This document shows positions 19,548 through 31,780 of a DNA stretch of 64,000 nucleotides, one piece after another. Source of the DNA: Endomicrobiales bacterium (GTDB taxonomy: Bacteria > Elusimicrobiota > Endomicrobiia > Endomicrobiales > CAWCFT01); NCBI GenBank assembly GCA_963794945.1, contig CAWCFT010000001.1, positions 64,001-128,000 on the forward strand, given 5' to 3'. A program made the position numbers and the translations under genes. Below the pieces are notes generated by a model. It did no database searches and was not told where the DNA came from. It saw only the letters and a list, made by a program, of their open reading frames with translations. Numbering within the stretch: the stretch's first letter is position 1; each line of letters opens with the position of its first letter.

Positions 19548-20623
19548 CAGACGAACTCCTTCATGACGACGTTAGCAAGCAGGTACCCGCGGCGGGTGAG
19601 CCTCAAATTCTTGCCGCAGATCTCAAGCAGTTCATTGCTGACCAGCCGCTCTATCGCGCTGCCGTACTTATCGGTGACTTCCTTTGTCAGGCATATGCCC
19701 GGCATACAGCGCAGTTTAAGTATTATCTCTTCAGAGAGCTTTTTGTCGGAATCGATAACATCTATTTCGTCAGCCGGGTTCTCGCCTGAACCAATTTTGC
19801 TTATATAATTTTCTATACCTGCCATGTTCTTCCAGCGTTTGCCGTTCAGGTGCGAGGCCGCCGCGGCTCCAACTCCTATGTATTCCCCGTTCTGCCAGTA
19901 GATCATGTTGTGGCTGGAACGCCGCCCCGGCAGCGCCCAGTTTGATATCTCATAATGCTCGTAACCCGCGCTTTCAAGGAAATCCAGGGACCAGTCATAC
20001 ATATCGGCCTGGCTCTCTTCTTCGGTAGTGACGCATATCCTGTGGAATTCGGTGTTGGGTTCTATAGTGAGCGGGTAGATGGAAACGTGCTCGCTCCTTG
20101 CACAAAGGGCGCTTTTGAGGTTATTCTGCCATTCTTCGAGGGATTGTTTCGGCAGGCCGTAAATGAGATCGATATTTATGTTGTCAAAACCCAGCCTGCG
20201 GGCGTTATCGAGGCAATTCCAGAAGTCTTTAGATGAGTGGACCCTTCCCAGAAAGTCCAGCTCTTCCGTGCAGAAAGATTGGACGCCGATGCTCAGCCTG
20301 TTTACCCCGAGCGACCTGAGAGCCAGAAGCTTGTCCTCGTTTAGCGACTCCGGGTTGGCTTCAACCGTTATCTCGGAGAGTTTGCAGTCGAACCTGTCGT
20401 AAACATTCTTGAATATATCGGTAAGGTTTTCAATGGAAAGAACGCTCGGTGTCCCGCCTCCGACATAAAGCGTGGCAAGGGAAATGCCCTCGTACCTCTT
20501 CATCTCCCCTATAAGCGCGCTCGTGTAGGCGTCAGCCAGTTCTTTTTTGTACGGAACCGAGATGAAATCGCAGTACTTGCATTTCTTTTTACAGAAAGGA
20601 ATGTGCAGGTATAGCCCGTACAT
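19547..20623 (-). CDS. hemW: Radical SAM heme chaperone HemW (HemN-like)
   Basis: LYLHIPFCKKKCKYCDF, GGGTPS, YEISNWA, HNMIYW; start MYGLY at 20623. Confidence 0.9.
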   Translation of the reverse strand: MYGLYLHIPFCKKKCKYCDFISVPYKKELADAYTSALIGEMKRYEGISLATLYVGGGTPSVLSIENLTDIFKNVYDRFDCKLSEITVEANPESLNEDKLLALRSLGVNRLSIGVQSFCTEELDFLGRVHSSKDFWNCLDNARRLGFDNINIDLIYGLPKQSLEEWQNNLKSALCARSEHVSIYPLTIEPNTEFHRICVTTEEESQADMYDWSLDFLESAGYEHYEISNWALPGRRSSHNMIYWQNGEYIGVGAAAASHLNGKRWKNMAGIENYISKIGSGENPADEIDVIDSDKKLSEEIILKLRCMPGICLTKEVTDKYGSAIERLVSNELLEICGKNLRLTRRGYLLANVVMKEFV

Positions 20624-20642
20624 GTCGTGTTTTCCTTTACGC

Positions 20643-21536
20643 TTAAGCTTTGTTATCCTGCTTTTTGTCCTTAAATAGTTCAGCAACGCCTGCTATTGAA
20701 CCGAGCACGCCGCTGGTCTCTAGCGGAAGGAATATCTTTGTGGCCTGGCCGTTGGCAACCTTTTCCAAAGCTTCCAGGTACTTTATGGCGATAAGGTCGT
20801 TAGTAGGCCTGCCGGAATGTATCGCGTTGTAAACTATTTCTATCTGGTATTTATCCGCGTCAGCAACCTTTCTTATGGCTTCAGATTTTCCTTCGGCCTC
20901 AAGAATTACGGACAGCTTTGCTCCTTCGGCCTTAAGTATCGCCGCCTGGCGGAAGCCTTCGGCCTCAAGTATGTTGGCGCGTTTTTCACGTTCCGCCTTC
21001 ATCTGCTTGGACATCGCGTCCGTAATGTCGCGCGGAGGGTCTATTTTCTGTATCTCTACCCTTGTAACTTTTACTCCCCACTTGTCGGTAGCCTCATCCA
21101 GCACTTCTCTCAGCTGGTGGTTTATTTTTTCACGGGAGGTAAGCGTTTGGTCAAGTTCAAGGTCGCCTATAACGTTCCTGAGGTTGGTCTGGGCAAGCTT
21201 GAGCGAGGCCATGCCGAAATTGGCAACGTTGTAAACAACTTTGACAGGGTCGGTTATCTGGAAATATATTACCGCGTCAACAGTAACGAGCACGTTATCT
21301 TTTGTTATTACATCCTGCGGCGGCACATCAATGACTTGCTCCCTCATGTCTACTTTGCGCAGGCGCTGGAACGGCGGGAAAATTATAGCCATGCCCGCGT
21401 CCACCGACTTCGTGTACTGCCCCAATGTTTCAACGAGGCCCTTTTCAGCCTGCTGAACTATCCTAACGGCGCGGATAACGTATATCACGGCCAGGATAAC
21501 TATTACGGCTATCAATCCTTCAGGGGATGTTTGCAT
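20643..21536 (-). CDS. SPFH/band 7 (QmcA/stomatin-like) protein
   Basis: [38 protein letters not shown]. Confidence 0.93.
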   Translation of the reverse strand: MQTSPEGLIAVIVILAVIYVIRAVRIVQQAEKGLVETLGQYTKSVDAGMAIIFPPFQRLRKVDMREQVIDVPPQDVITKDNVLVTVDAVIYFQITDPVKVVYNVANFGMASLKLAQTNLRNVIGDLELDQTLTSREKINHQLREVLDEATDKWGVKVTRVEIQKIDPPRDITDAMSKQMKAEREKRANILEAEGFRQAAILKAEGAKLSVILEAEGKSEAIRKVADADKYQIEIVYNAIHSGRPTNDLIAIKYLEALEKVANGQATKIFLPLETSGVLGSIAGVAELFKDKKQDNKA

Positions 21537-21556
21537 ATAAGCCTCCGTTTTACTAA

Positions 21557-21675
21557 TAAATTTAAATTTCAAACATCAAATATCAAAATTTAGGTTAACG
21601 ATCTTTAGGATTCTTTTCAATATATCTTTTAACTTTAATTTGTCATTTTGATCTTTGATTCTTGATATTTGATTT
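21557..21675. repeat. Inverted heptamer array
   Basis: aaatttcaaacatcaaatatcaaaattt...tttgtcattttgatctttgattcttgatatttgattt. Confidence 0.75.
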
Positions 21676-22095
21676 CTATGTCTTTTTAACTTTCAGCCTT
21701 GTACCTTCGACGGCAACGACCTCCACCATCGCGCCTTTTTCTATCTTTTCGGTGGATTCGATTCGCCAAATCTCGCCTTCGATCTTAGCCACACCAAGCG
21801 CAGGCGGATTTACCGGTTCAGTAACCTGAGCCAACTTACCTATAAGCGCGTCCACGTTTGATTTTTTCTCGCCTTTCTGGAAATATCTTCTCACTATGGG
21901 CCTTATGGAATATATCGATATCAAAGAAACCGCCGCGAATATTATCCACTGCCAAAGCTCGCTCTTTATGAACAAAGCGCCGAACGCCGTTATAAGCGCC
22001 CCGGCCCCGAGGCAAGCGAAGAAGAAACCGCCGGGAGTGATTATCTCAAAAACGAACAGTATTATCGAGCCCGTTATCCATATTGACCAATGCAT
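21676..22095 (-). CDS. NfeD-like (YbbJ) partner of SPFH protein
   Basis: N-terminal TMs, ALIGK, GEIW, VVAVEGTRLKV OB-fold; adjacent to SPFH gene. Confidence 0.9.
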   Translation of the reverse strand: MHWSIWITGSIILFVFEIITPGGFFFACLGAGALITAFGALFIKSELWQWIIFAAVSLISIYSIRPIVRRYFQKGEKKSNVDALIGKLAQVTEPVNPPALGVAKIEGEIWRIESTEKIEKGAMVEVVAVEGTRLKVKKT

Positions 22096-22175
22096 CTTTA
22101 CGCCTCCAAAATCATATAGTTTCCAGCATTTTTCACTGGTTCATATTATATTACTTTTAGAGCTGATTGTAAAAC

Positions 22176-22207
22176 AAAAAAGCAGGCGTAAACTTCGCCT
22201 GCTTTTT
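22176..22207. terminator. Intrinsic terminator downstream of lepB
   Basis: AAAAAAGCAGGCG-loop-CGCCTGCTTTTT. Confidence 0.75.
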
Positions 22208-22231
22208 CATATTTTTGTTTAGCAAAACTAA

Positions 22232-23080
22232 TTATTTTATCAGCCTTATCCTGTCCGGAGGCCAGTAGAGGAAAAGCGCCCTGCCTTTCATGTTCCTGTT
22301 TGGCAGCGGGCCCCAGAAACGTGAGTCGAAAGACCTGTCGCGGTTGTCACCCATGGCGAAATAGTACCCGGGAGGCACAATAACCGGCCCAAAATTGTCC
22401 CTTATGACACCTGCGGGAAGAGTGTCGAACTTACCTTCCTCCCACGCCCTTTGGTATTGTTCGGAAGTCGGGAATATTTTCACCGTGGGATAAACGTTTA
22501 TATCCGCGAAAACGGCGTAAGGCTCTACCAGCTGCTTGCCGTTAACAAAAACATTCTTGTTCTTTATCTCAACCGTATCGCCGCCAACAGCTATGCAGCG
22601 CTTGATGAAATCCTTGTCGATATTCTCGGCGCGTTCGGCCTGGGTGAGTGCTGACGGCGGGCACTTGAAAATAATTATATCGCCTCTATGAACCTGACGG
22701 AATGGCAGGACCCTGTTGCCGCCGCTGAAAGGTATGTGGATACCGTAAATAAACTTGTTAACGAAAAGGTGGTCGCCTTCAAGCAGAGTCATGCGCATGC
22801 TGCCGGAAGGGATCTTGAAAGCCTGCACAAGGAAATACATAAGGAACGCCGCGAGGATCACCGCTGACCAGCCGGTCTCTATCCATTCGAACAATTCCTT
22901 ATTGAGTTTCTTTTCTCCGGCCGCAGGGTTTTTCTTCATGTCGCGGCGCATCACCATCGAAAGCAGAAAAGCTACTAAACCCGTGATAAAAAGCTTTACC
23001 TCCATGGACATTACCGTGTTCATGAACACGGCCGTTATAATGCCGGCCGACACCAAAAGCGAAAGATATGTCAGTATCAT
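22232..23080 (-). CDS. lepB: Signal peptidase I
   Basis: IPSGSM, DFIKRC, MGDNRDRSFDSRFWG. Confidence 0.95.
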   Translation of the reverse strand: MILTYLSLLVSAGIITAVFMNTVMSMEVKLFITGLVAFLLSMVMRRDMKKNPAAGEKKLNKELFEWIETGWSAVILAAFLMYFLVQAFKIPSGSMRMTLLEGDHLFVNKFIYGIHIPFSGGNRVLPFRQVHRGDIIIFKCPPSALTQAERAENIDKDFIKRCIAVGGDTVEIKNKNVFVNGKQLVEPYAVFADINVYPTVKIFPTSEQYQRAWEEGKFDTLPAGVIRDNFGPVIVPPGYYFAMGDNRDRSFDSRFWGPLPNRNMKGRALFLYWPPDRIRLIK

Positions 23081-23232
23081 TTTTACTCCTTTTTAAATCC
23101 GGAAAACTGGGCACTTTAAACGATAAACTTTATTAGATCTGTTTACCCTCTAACTTTATCCTGTTGCCAGATATTTTTTAGACTTATTTTACTGCTTTGC
23201 CGTCCGCACACCGGCTTAGGTGATTTTCCCGT

Positions 23233-24266
23233 TCAAACGCTTTTAACAAGCCTTATTTTGGAAGGCTTGAATACGCCTTTTTCAGTAATTATCGCTGTTA
23301 TATTTTTTGCCGGTGTAACGTCAAAACCCGGATGCTTTGCTATTGTGCCTTCCGGGGCTATACATTTATTATTTAGATATAAGACCTCGTCTCCCGAACG
23401 TTCTTCGATGGCTATCTTTTCCCCGTTCGGAGTACTTTGGTCAACTGTTGAAACAGGCGCGGCTATATAGAAAGGGATTTTGTGGTACCTGGCAAGTATC
23501 GAAAGTGAGTAAGTGCCGATTTTGTTTGCTGTGTCTCCGTTGGCGGCTATGCGGTCGGCCCCGACTATGACCGCGTTTATTTTCCCTGTCTTCATGAAAT
23601 GGCCCGCCATGCTGTCCGTTATAAGGACATGCGGTATCTTTTCCTGCTTAAGCTCCCATGCCGTGAGCCGTGAGCCCTGAAGGTACGGCCTGGTCTCATC
23701 AACGTAGACGAGATTTATTTTTTTATGTTCGTGCGCCGAGCGTACGACACCGAGTGCCGTACCGTAGCCGGCGGTCGCCAGGGCTCCGGCGTTACAGTGC
23801 GTTAGAATCACAGAATGTTTCTTTAACAGTTTTTCGCCGTTCGAACCGATCTTTTTATTTATGGCTATATCATCCCGCAATATTTTCAGTGCTTCTTTTT
23901 CAAGAGCCTCGCATAGCGCTTTAACCCCGCGGTTCTTGTTTTTCTCTATAACCGCTTCCATCCTATTGAGCCCCCAGAAAAGATTAACAGCTGTGGGCCG
24001 CGTTAACAAGAGTTCCTTCCGCGCGGCCTCTAGGTGCCTGACCGTTCTTGGCACATCGGTTCCTTTTATTTCCCTGCATGCAAGCGCCATTCCAAAAGCG
24101 CCGCCACGCCAATAGCCGGAGCTCCGCGTATAGACATATCCCTTATGGCCTTTGATACATCCTTATACTTACGGCAGGGAATGTATTTGATCTTCGCCGG
24201 CAGAAGTAGCTGGTTGAGAATATAGAGTTTAGATTTTTTCCAGTAAAGGGTGTCTTTTCTCTTCAT
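23233..24266 (-). CDS. mtnA: S-methyl-5-thioribose-1-phosphate isomerase (indel near 24100)
   Basis: IRGAPAIGVA, TRPTAVNL, THCNAGALAT, DETRPYLQGSRLT, GDTANKIGT. Confidence 0.93.
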
Positions 24267-24274
24267 AAAATTAG

Positions 24275-24387
24275 ATCAAATATTAAATATCAAAAATCAA
24301 AATTAATGTGCCGCTTGCGCGGTCTATTTAAATTGTCCGCGTAAGCGGACACTACATTTTTGATTTTTGATATTTTATTTTTGATTT
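24275..24387. repeat. Inverted heptamer arms enclosing two small GC hairpins
   Basis: atcaaatattaaatatcaaaaatcaaaat-[ccgcttgcgcgg...gtccgcgtaagcggac]-atttttgatttttgatattttatttttgat. Confidence 0.75.
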
Positions 24388-24400
24388 ACCCGGATAGATA

Positions 24401-24664
24401 TCAAGGTATGGTTTCAAGTACTTCATCGAGTTCTTCTTCACTGCGCCCGCAGATCTCGATCGTTTTTTCCCTTCCGCGCTCGCCCTTACGAAGAAAGACC
24501 ATATTGCGCCTTACTTCAAAGAATTCGGCAAGGAAATAGCACAGCTCTTCGTTGGCCTTACCTTCAATTGCCGGGGCTGAAACCTTCACACGGAGTATTG
24601 ACCCGATCCTGCTTACTACCTCGTTCCTTTTTGCGTTCGGTATTACTCGGACTTTGATCATCAT
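24401..24664 (-). CDS. DUF167/YggU family protein
   Basis: VRVIPNAK, APAIEGKANEEL, GERGREK; next to proC/yggS. Confidence 0.9.
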   Translation of the reverse strand: MMIKVRVIPNAKRNEVVSRIGSILRVKVSAPAIEGKANEELCYFLAEFFEVRRNMVFLRKGERGREKTIEICGRSEEELDEVLETIP

Positions 24665-24694
24665 AAAACCTAGCCCTCCTTTGAGGGTGTTCAG

Positions 24695-25510
24695 TTATTT
24701 CGAAAGCTCGCCCGCTCTTTTTTTTGCCTGCTTTACTGCCTCTATGAAAATCTTTGAAAAATGTTTTTGTTCAAGGTATTTGATGGCCGCTTCAGTGGTG
24801 CCCCCCGGCGAGGTCACGTTCTTCCTCATTTGCGACGCCGGGATATCCTTCTCCCTGAGCATCTTCCCTGCGCCGAATACGGTTTGGCGGGCGAGATTAT
24901 CGGACATATCTCCCGGCAGACCCATTTCGATACCCGCGCTTTTCAGCATTTCGGCAAGATAAAATACATAGGCCGGGCCGGACCCCGAGAGCGCGGTTAC
25001 GGCATTAATATTTTTTTCGGGCACTTCCACAACCACACCCGAAGCCGAGAATATCTTTTTAACGGTTTCTGCGTGAGATTTTTTTGCGTTCCGGCCACGG
25101 CACACACCGGCCGCGCCTTCGCCGGCAAGCAACGGCAGGTTGGGCATGACCCGGACTACAGCAACGCCGCGGGAAACCGATCTTTCAATAAAGTTTGTCG
25201 TAAGCCCTGCCGCGATGGTAACTACGAGCTGTGAAGGCTTTATAATGTGCCCTATCTCGCGCAACAGTTCTTCCATCGACTGCGGCTTTACGCTCAGGAA
25301 TATAATATTTGCTGCTTTTACCGCTGAAACGTTGCCGGCAGCAGCTTTGATACCAAATTTTTTATGGAGATAGTTGAGGCGGTCTTTCCGTACGTCAGAG
25401 GCCATTACGTTATTCGGCGCGGTAAGCTTGCTTTTTACGATGCCTGCGATTATGGCTTCCGCCATGTTGCCCGCGCCCAGAAAAGCTATCTTTTTGTTCA
25501 TTGTAGCCAT
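24695..25510 (-). CDS. proC: Pyrroline-5-carboxylate reductase
   Basis: GAGNMA, RVMPN, ALSGSGPAY, VTSPGGTT. Confidence 0.96.
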   Translation of the reverse strand: MATMNKKIAFLGAGNMAEAIIAGIVKSKLTAPNNVMASDVRKDRLNYLHKKFGIKAAAGNVSAVKAANIIFLSVKPQSMEELLREIGHIIKPSQLVVTIAAGLTTNFIERSVSRGVAVVRVMPNLPLLAGEGAAGVCRGRNAKKSHAETVKKIFSASGVVVEVPEKNINAVTALSGSGPAYVFYLAEMLKSAGIEMGLPGDMSDNLARQTVFGAGKMLREKDIPASQMRKNVTSPGGTTEAAIKYLEQKHFSKIFIEAVKQAKKRAGELSK

Positions 25511-25512
25511 AA

Positions 25513-26178
25513 TTATTTAAAAAGCGCAGTGCCAACCCTTATCATATTGGCGTGTTCTTCGATCGCGACCTCGAAATCGTCTGACATCCCCATGGAAAGC
25601 GTTGTCAGGCCCCTTCCTTTCAAGCTGTCAAATACCTCTCTGGCTTTCCTGAAGAATGGCCTCGCGAGTTCCGTGTCGTCAAAATATGGCGCCATGGCCA
25701 TTATACCCGTGATACAGATATTCTTGAGCTCTTTTGCGGTATTTAAAAAATTCTCGGCATTTTCAGGAGATAACCCGAATTTCGTTTCCTCTGGAGAAAC
25801 TTTAATCTCAAGGTAGCATTCCTGGATCTTCCCCATAGCGGAAGCGTGCCTGTTTATCTCGTGGGCGAGCTCGAACCTGTCAAGCGACTGAATAACGTCG
25901 AACAACTCAACCGCCTTTTTCGCCTTGTTCGTCTGAAGGTGCCCTATTAGATGCTTTGACACGCCCTTGAGAGCGAGCTTTGAGAATTTGGCGCAAGATT
26001 CCTGCACCTTGCTTTCGCCTATATCCCTGACGCCAAACTTCAATATATCGCGTATTTTATCATCGCTGACGGTCTTTGTGACCGCAACGAGCCTCACAGA
26101 AGCGGGATCAGCCCCCACGCGCCTGCAGGCAGAGATTATTCTTTCGTTAACAATTCTAAAATTTTCTTCAATCATCAA
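25513..26178 (-). CDS. yggS: PLP homeostasis protein YggS/PLPBP
   Basis: LVAVTKT, HLIGHLQTNKAK, LSMGMSDDFEVAIEE, RVGTALF. Confidence 0.95.
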   Translation of the reverse strand: MMIEENFRIVNERIISACRRVGADPASVRLVAVTKTVSDDKIRDILKFGVRDIGESKVQESCAKFSKLALKGVSKHLIGHLQTNKAKKAVELFDVIQSLDRFELAHEINRHASAMGKIQECYLEIKVSPEETKFGLSPENAENFLNTAKELKNICITGIMAMAPYFDDTELARPFFRKAREVFDSLKGRGLTTLSMGMSDDFEVAIEEHANMIRVGTALFK

Positions 26179-26213
26179 TAGTTTATTGAAAATAATTATA
26201 TCATATTTTTAAG

Positions 26214-26254
26214 GAAAAATAAAGCCCCCGGCTGCCTTTGGAGCATCCGGGGGC
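26214..26254 (-). terminator. Intrinsic terminator after groEL
   Basis: GCCCCCGG...CCGGGGGC stem followed by a U-tract on the minus strand. Confidence 0.7.
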
Positions 26255-26367
26255 CATTATTAACAAACAAACTGCAAGTCAAATATCAAATATCAAAAAT
26301 ATAGTATCTTCAAACTCTTTTCTGGCAAATCCTTATTTTTGAATTTAGTTGTTTGACTTTTAAACTA

Positions 26368-28021
<1,654 letters not shown>

Positions 28022-28047
28022 TTAAATTCACCTCTCCTTAATGTCGC

Positions 28048-28169
28048 GTTCCGCTTATCGCGGAACTTATCCCGCATTGCGGGATTGTTCCGGCTATCGA
28101 CGCCGGAACGCTCCCGGAGGGAAACGTGGTTTCCCTTCCGCGCTCAGAAAAGCAGCTAAACTGCTTTTC
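28048..28169. repeat. Five-hairpin structured element between groES and groEL
   Basis: Consecutive inverted repeats GTTCCGC/GCGGAAC, ATCCCGC/GCGGGAT, GTTCCGGC/GCCGGAAC, GGGAAAC/GTTTCCC, GAAAAGCAG/CTGCTTTTC. Confidence 0.7.
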
Positions 28170-28200
28170 ATCGCTGAACCCTTCCATAATGACCATTTCC

Positions 28201-28491
28201 TTATTTCTCTACGACGCCGAGAATGTCTTCCTGGTGCATGATGAGATATTCAACATCTTCTATCTTGACTTCTGTCCCGGAGTATTTCCCGTAAAGGATC
28301 TTGTCTCCGACTTTGACGTCCATGGCGATAAGCTTTCCCTCATCGGTGGTCTTGCCTTTTCCCACGGCGATCACTTCACCTTCCTGCGGCTTCTCTTTAG
28401 CAGTGTCCGGAATGATAATGCCACCCTTTTTAACTTCCTTCTGCTCAAGGGCCTTTACTACTACTCTGTCTCCAAGCGGTCTAAGTTTCAT
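28201..28491 (-). CDS. groES: Co-chaperonin GroES
   Basis: [26 protein letters not shown]. Confidence 0.98.
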   Translation of the reverse strand: MKLRPLGDRVVVKALEQKEVKKGGIIIPDTAKEKPQEGEVIAVGKGKTTDEGKLIAMDVKVGDKILYGKYSGTEVKIEDVEYLIMHQEDILGVVEK

Positions 28492-28544
28492 ACAACTTCA
28501 CCTCCGTTTTTATTTTTTGGACCCATTCTAAAGCGCTAAAGATA

Positions 28545-28645
28545 TTAGCACTCGTATTTGGTAAGTGCTAATTATAACAAAAGCCAAAATTTCTGTCAAG
28601 GGGTTTGTAAAAAAAAGATTAGCACTCGCCAAAGGCGAATGCTAA
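28545..28645 (-). promoter_or_regulatory. groESL promoter flanked by two CIRCE operators
   Basis: CIRCE 28545-28571 (TTAGCACTC-N9-AAGTGCTAA) and 28619-28645 (TTAGCACTC-N9-GAATGCTAA); TTGACA-17-TATAAT at 28599-28571. Confidence 0.92.
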
Positions 28646-28679
28646 TCTCAAAATTAATGCTACTTTCAGTCGGTAAATA

Positions 28680-29429
28680 TCAGAACCACACTCCGAGACC
28701 GACTGTTGCGTTGGTACTTCCTCCGGCCACCGCGGCGCCGAGCTGAATGTAAGTGAACGGTATCAGCGTCAGGTCAATTCCTGCTTCAATGCGCATTCCT
28801 GAAGCGCTGCCAGTCATGCCGTTGCTGATGACAGTTGCATCCGGGTTAACGTTAGTTGAGTCGTAGCCAACACCCGCATAAGGCGTAATGATCGGGAGAT
28901 GATTAAACGAAACCGTCGCGCTAACGCTGGAATTTGAAGCTTTGAATTTGTTGGCATTCGCCGCCACGTTCAGGTCCGTCATAACCGCCTGAACCGAAAC
29001 CGAAGGCATACCCGGAATGCTGGGCTTGAATATCCCGTACCGCAAGCCATATCCTGTCAATGTAGAGTTTAGATAGGATGTGTAACGTCCTATAAGATCC
29101 AGGTTTGCCGGCAGGCCTATCTCAACCTGCACGATTGGTAGAGCTACGCTGCTAATCCCTGCGCTTTTCACTATGGTATCATCATTATTGATCTGCTTTG
29201 TTGGCACATGTATACCTATATTAAAGCCCGGAAACCCCAGTGACTTGCCATCATTATAGGTTCCGCCGCCTAAAAGTGCCCCTAAATCCTTCGCAAAGCT
29301 GTCCAAAGCCGTTTGCGCAGCGGCCCCACCAGCCGATATTTGAGTCTTAAAATTGTCGAACGGGTCTGTAGCAAAAACCGGCGAAGTCAAAAATGCAACA
29401 AAGATAGTATAAATCAATGCTTTTTTCAT
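28680..29429 (-). CDS. Secreted outer-membrane beta-barrel-like protein
   Basis: Signal peptide, alternating beta-strand pattern, C-terminal GLGVWF. Confidence 0.6.
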   Translation of the reverse strand: MKKALIYTIFVAFLTSPVFATDPFDNFKTQISAGGAAAQTALDSFAKDLGALLGGGTYNDGKSLGFPGFNIGIHVPTKQINNDDTIVKSAGISSVALPIVQVEIGLPANLDLIGRYTSYLNSTLTGYGLRYGIFKPSIPGMPSVSVQAVMTDLNVAANANKFKASNSSVSATVSFNHLPIITPYAGVGYDSTNVNPDATVISNGMTGSASGMRIEAGIDLTLIPFTYIQLGAAVAGGSTNATVGLGVWF

Positions 29430-29512
29430 ATTTTTTCTCCATTTTTATTCATATACTTAAAGTTAACCTTTAATTAGATATCAACAGTGTTATGCACAGT
29501 ATCAACAGATAT

Positions 29513-30295
29513 TCAATTATTCCTATCCCAGATAATGCGAATCCCTTCAAGCGTCAACTCAGGGATAATGGCTTTCACCTCCCTTATTTCCGGGACTATT
29601 AACCCTGCCAGCCCCCCCGTAGCAATAACCACCGGTGTTCCGTTAATCTCTTTTTTCACGCGTTTCAATATCTCTTTTATTAGGCCAATATAGCCGAAAT
29701 AGAGCCCCGAACGCATTGCGCTTGCCGTAGATTTGCCTACCGCTTTATCAGGTTTTGCTATCTCGACAACCGGCAGCTTCGCTGTGTATTTGGCCAATGA
29801 ATCAGCTGAAATGCCTGGTCCCGGTGCGATCGCGCCACCCAAGTATTCGCCCTTTCTAGACACGCAATCGAAAGTTGTTGCCGTGCCAAAATCAAGCACA
29901 ATGACCGGCCCTCCATAAGTAGCGTAAGCCGCGACAGCATTCGCCACACGGTCGGCGCCTATCTCTTCAGGATTCTCGTATAGTATATCAATTTTCGGCA
30001 TAGAACTTCCAGTTAAAAAGAATGGTGTCTTGGAAAAATATTTCTTTCCCATCTTATCGAATGCGGCATCAACCGATGGCACAACACTGGCTATGGCTAT
30101 ACCTTTTATTTCATCTTTTTCTATTAAAGAATAATGAAGCAGGTCGAGTATCTTTGTCCCATACTCATCTTCTGTCATATTCCTGTTAGTGGCAAGTCGC
30201 CATATATTTACCGGGCCCTTAATAGGTTTGCCTCCCGAATACTTGAAAATTCCCAGTGTAATATTGGTGTTGCCGATATCGATAGCGAGTAGCAT
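29513..30295 (-). CDS. coaX: Type III pantothenate kinase
   Basis: IDIGNTN, GADR, DFGTATTFD, ATGGLA, LTLEGI. Confidence 0.96.
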   Translation of the reverse strand: MLLAIDIGNTNITLGIFKYSGGKPIKGPVNIWRLATNRNMTEDEYGTKILDLLHYSLIEKDEIKGIAIASVVPSVDAAFDKMGKKYFSKTPFFLTGSSMPKIDILYENPEEIGADRVANAVAAYATYGGPVIVLDFGTATTFDCVSRKGEYLGGAIAPGPGISADSLAKYTAKLPVVEIAKPDKAVGKSTASAMRSGLYFGYIGLIKEILKRVKKEINGTPVVIATGGLAGLIVPEIREVKAIIPELTLEGIRIIWDRNN

Positions 30296-30301
30296 AGTTT
30301 A

Positions 30302-30839
30302 TTATCCCTTATCCCTGATATAAACATCTCCACCCTTGCTGTCGCACGCGACCAGAAGAGGAAGGTCAATGAGTTCTAATTTGAACACAGCCTCCGGCCC
30401 GAGTTCCGGAAATGCTATGATATCCGCCTTTCTTACCTTCTTGCTAAAAAGCGCCGCGAACGCCACCCGTCAGCCAGCAAAATAAACCGCTCCGTTCTCG
30501 CAAATTGCCTCTTTAACTTCCGCGGATCTCGGCCCTTTGCCTATCAGCGCCTTTACACCCCTTGAAAGAATAAGAGGCGTGTAAGGGTCCATCCTTGAAG
30601 ATGTCGTGGGGCCGCACGAACCGATAACATCACGCGGTTTCGCGGGGCACGGCCCGCAATAATAGATCACTGAATCTTTAAGGTCGAACGGCAGGTGTTT
30701 GCCTTTTTCGATGAGCTCAACCAGTCTCTTGTGCGCCAGCATCCCTTGCTGTATAAACCGTACCTGACAAGAGTACCCTCTCGCCTGCCTTAAGTTCAGC
30801 CGCTTTATTAATAAGGTCTTTTACGTTTAAATTTTTCAT
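30302..30839 (-). CDS. Fumarate hydratase/tartrate dehydratase beta subunit (indels near 30740 and 30455-30475)
   Basis: IYYCGP, GPTTSSRMDPY, IGKG; flanks continue in other frames (TARD, FPELGPEAV). Confidence 0.9.
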
Positions 30840-31683
30840 TATATTTTTTCAGTCTTTCTGCGTAGCGAATGGCACTGCATGGAAACCGCGACCGGCAGCG
30901 ACGCGATGTGGCAGGGAGCAAACTCAATGTTTACTCCCAACGCCGTTGTCATGCCACCTAGGCCCATTGGCCCCATGCCCAGCGCGTTTATATCATTTAA
31001 GAGCTCCCGCTCTTTTCCTTCGTAGAAAGTGTCTTGCGATGAGATGTTCAGTGGCCGGAGCAGGGCTTTTTTCGCAAGCAGCGCTACGCTTGCAAGCTGC
31101 GGCCTATACCCACGCCAACAACCAGTGGCGGGCAGGCATTAATACCCTTCTTCATTACTGTATCTATTACGAAATCCTTGACACCCTGCCAACCGGCCTG
31201 AGGTGTTAGCATCATAAGCGCGCTCGCGTTCTCAGTACCGCCGCCTTTGGGAAGTACCGTTATCTCTATCCCGTCACCGGCCACCGATTCGATATATATG
31301 TTAGCAGGAGTATTGTCACCCGTATTCTTTCTGTCTTCAAGGGGCTCGGCGACTACGGACTTCCTAAGGTAACCTTTCGTATAGCCTTCGGCCACTCCTT
31401 TGTTTACGGCGCCGGTCAGCGTTCCACCGGTTATCATGGCGGCCTGTCCAAGCTTTATAAAGATATCTGCGATGCCCGTGTCCTGGCAGAGAGCAAGCTC
31501 TTTCTGAGCAGCGAGCCGCGCGTTCTGGAGTATCTGGTCTAGTATGTCCCTCGCGGTCTCGGACCCCTCTTTTTGATACGCAGCCTCGACAGAGCGCAGA
31601 ACGTCTTCCGGCAGGAAGAAATTGGCCTGCCTGCACAGCATAGCAACTGTCTCGGTAATTTTCGAAGCCTGTATCTCTCTCAT
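30839..31683 (-). CDS. Fumarate hydratase alpha subunit (indel near 31095)
   Basis: CQDTG, NTGDNTP, KGGGTEN, ACPPLVVGVGIG; C-terminal GPMGLGG, PCHIASLP, CHSLR in another frame. Confidence 0.92.
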
Positions 31684-31689
31684 ATGGTT

Positions 31690-31770
31690 AAAATTATTAA
31701 AGATTTAAAATTTGAAAATTTAAAATTAATGACATCTAATCTTAAAATCTTTTAATCTTAAATCTTTAAT
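31690..31770. repeat. Inverted octamer-type AT-rich array
   Basis: ttaaagatttaaaatttgaaaatttaaaa...aatcttaaaatcttttaatcttaaatctttaa. Confidence 0.55.
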
Positions 31771-31780
31771 CGTCCTGGTC

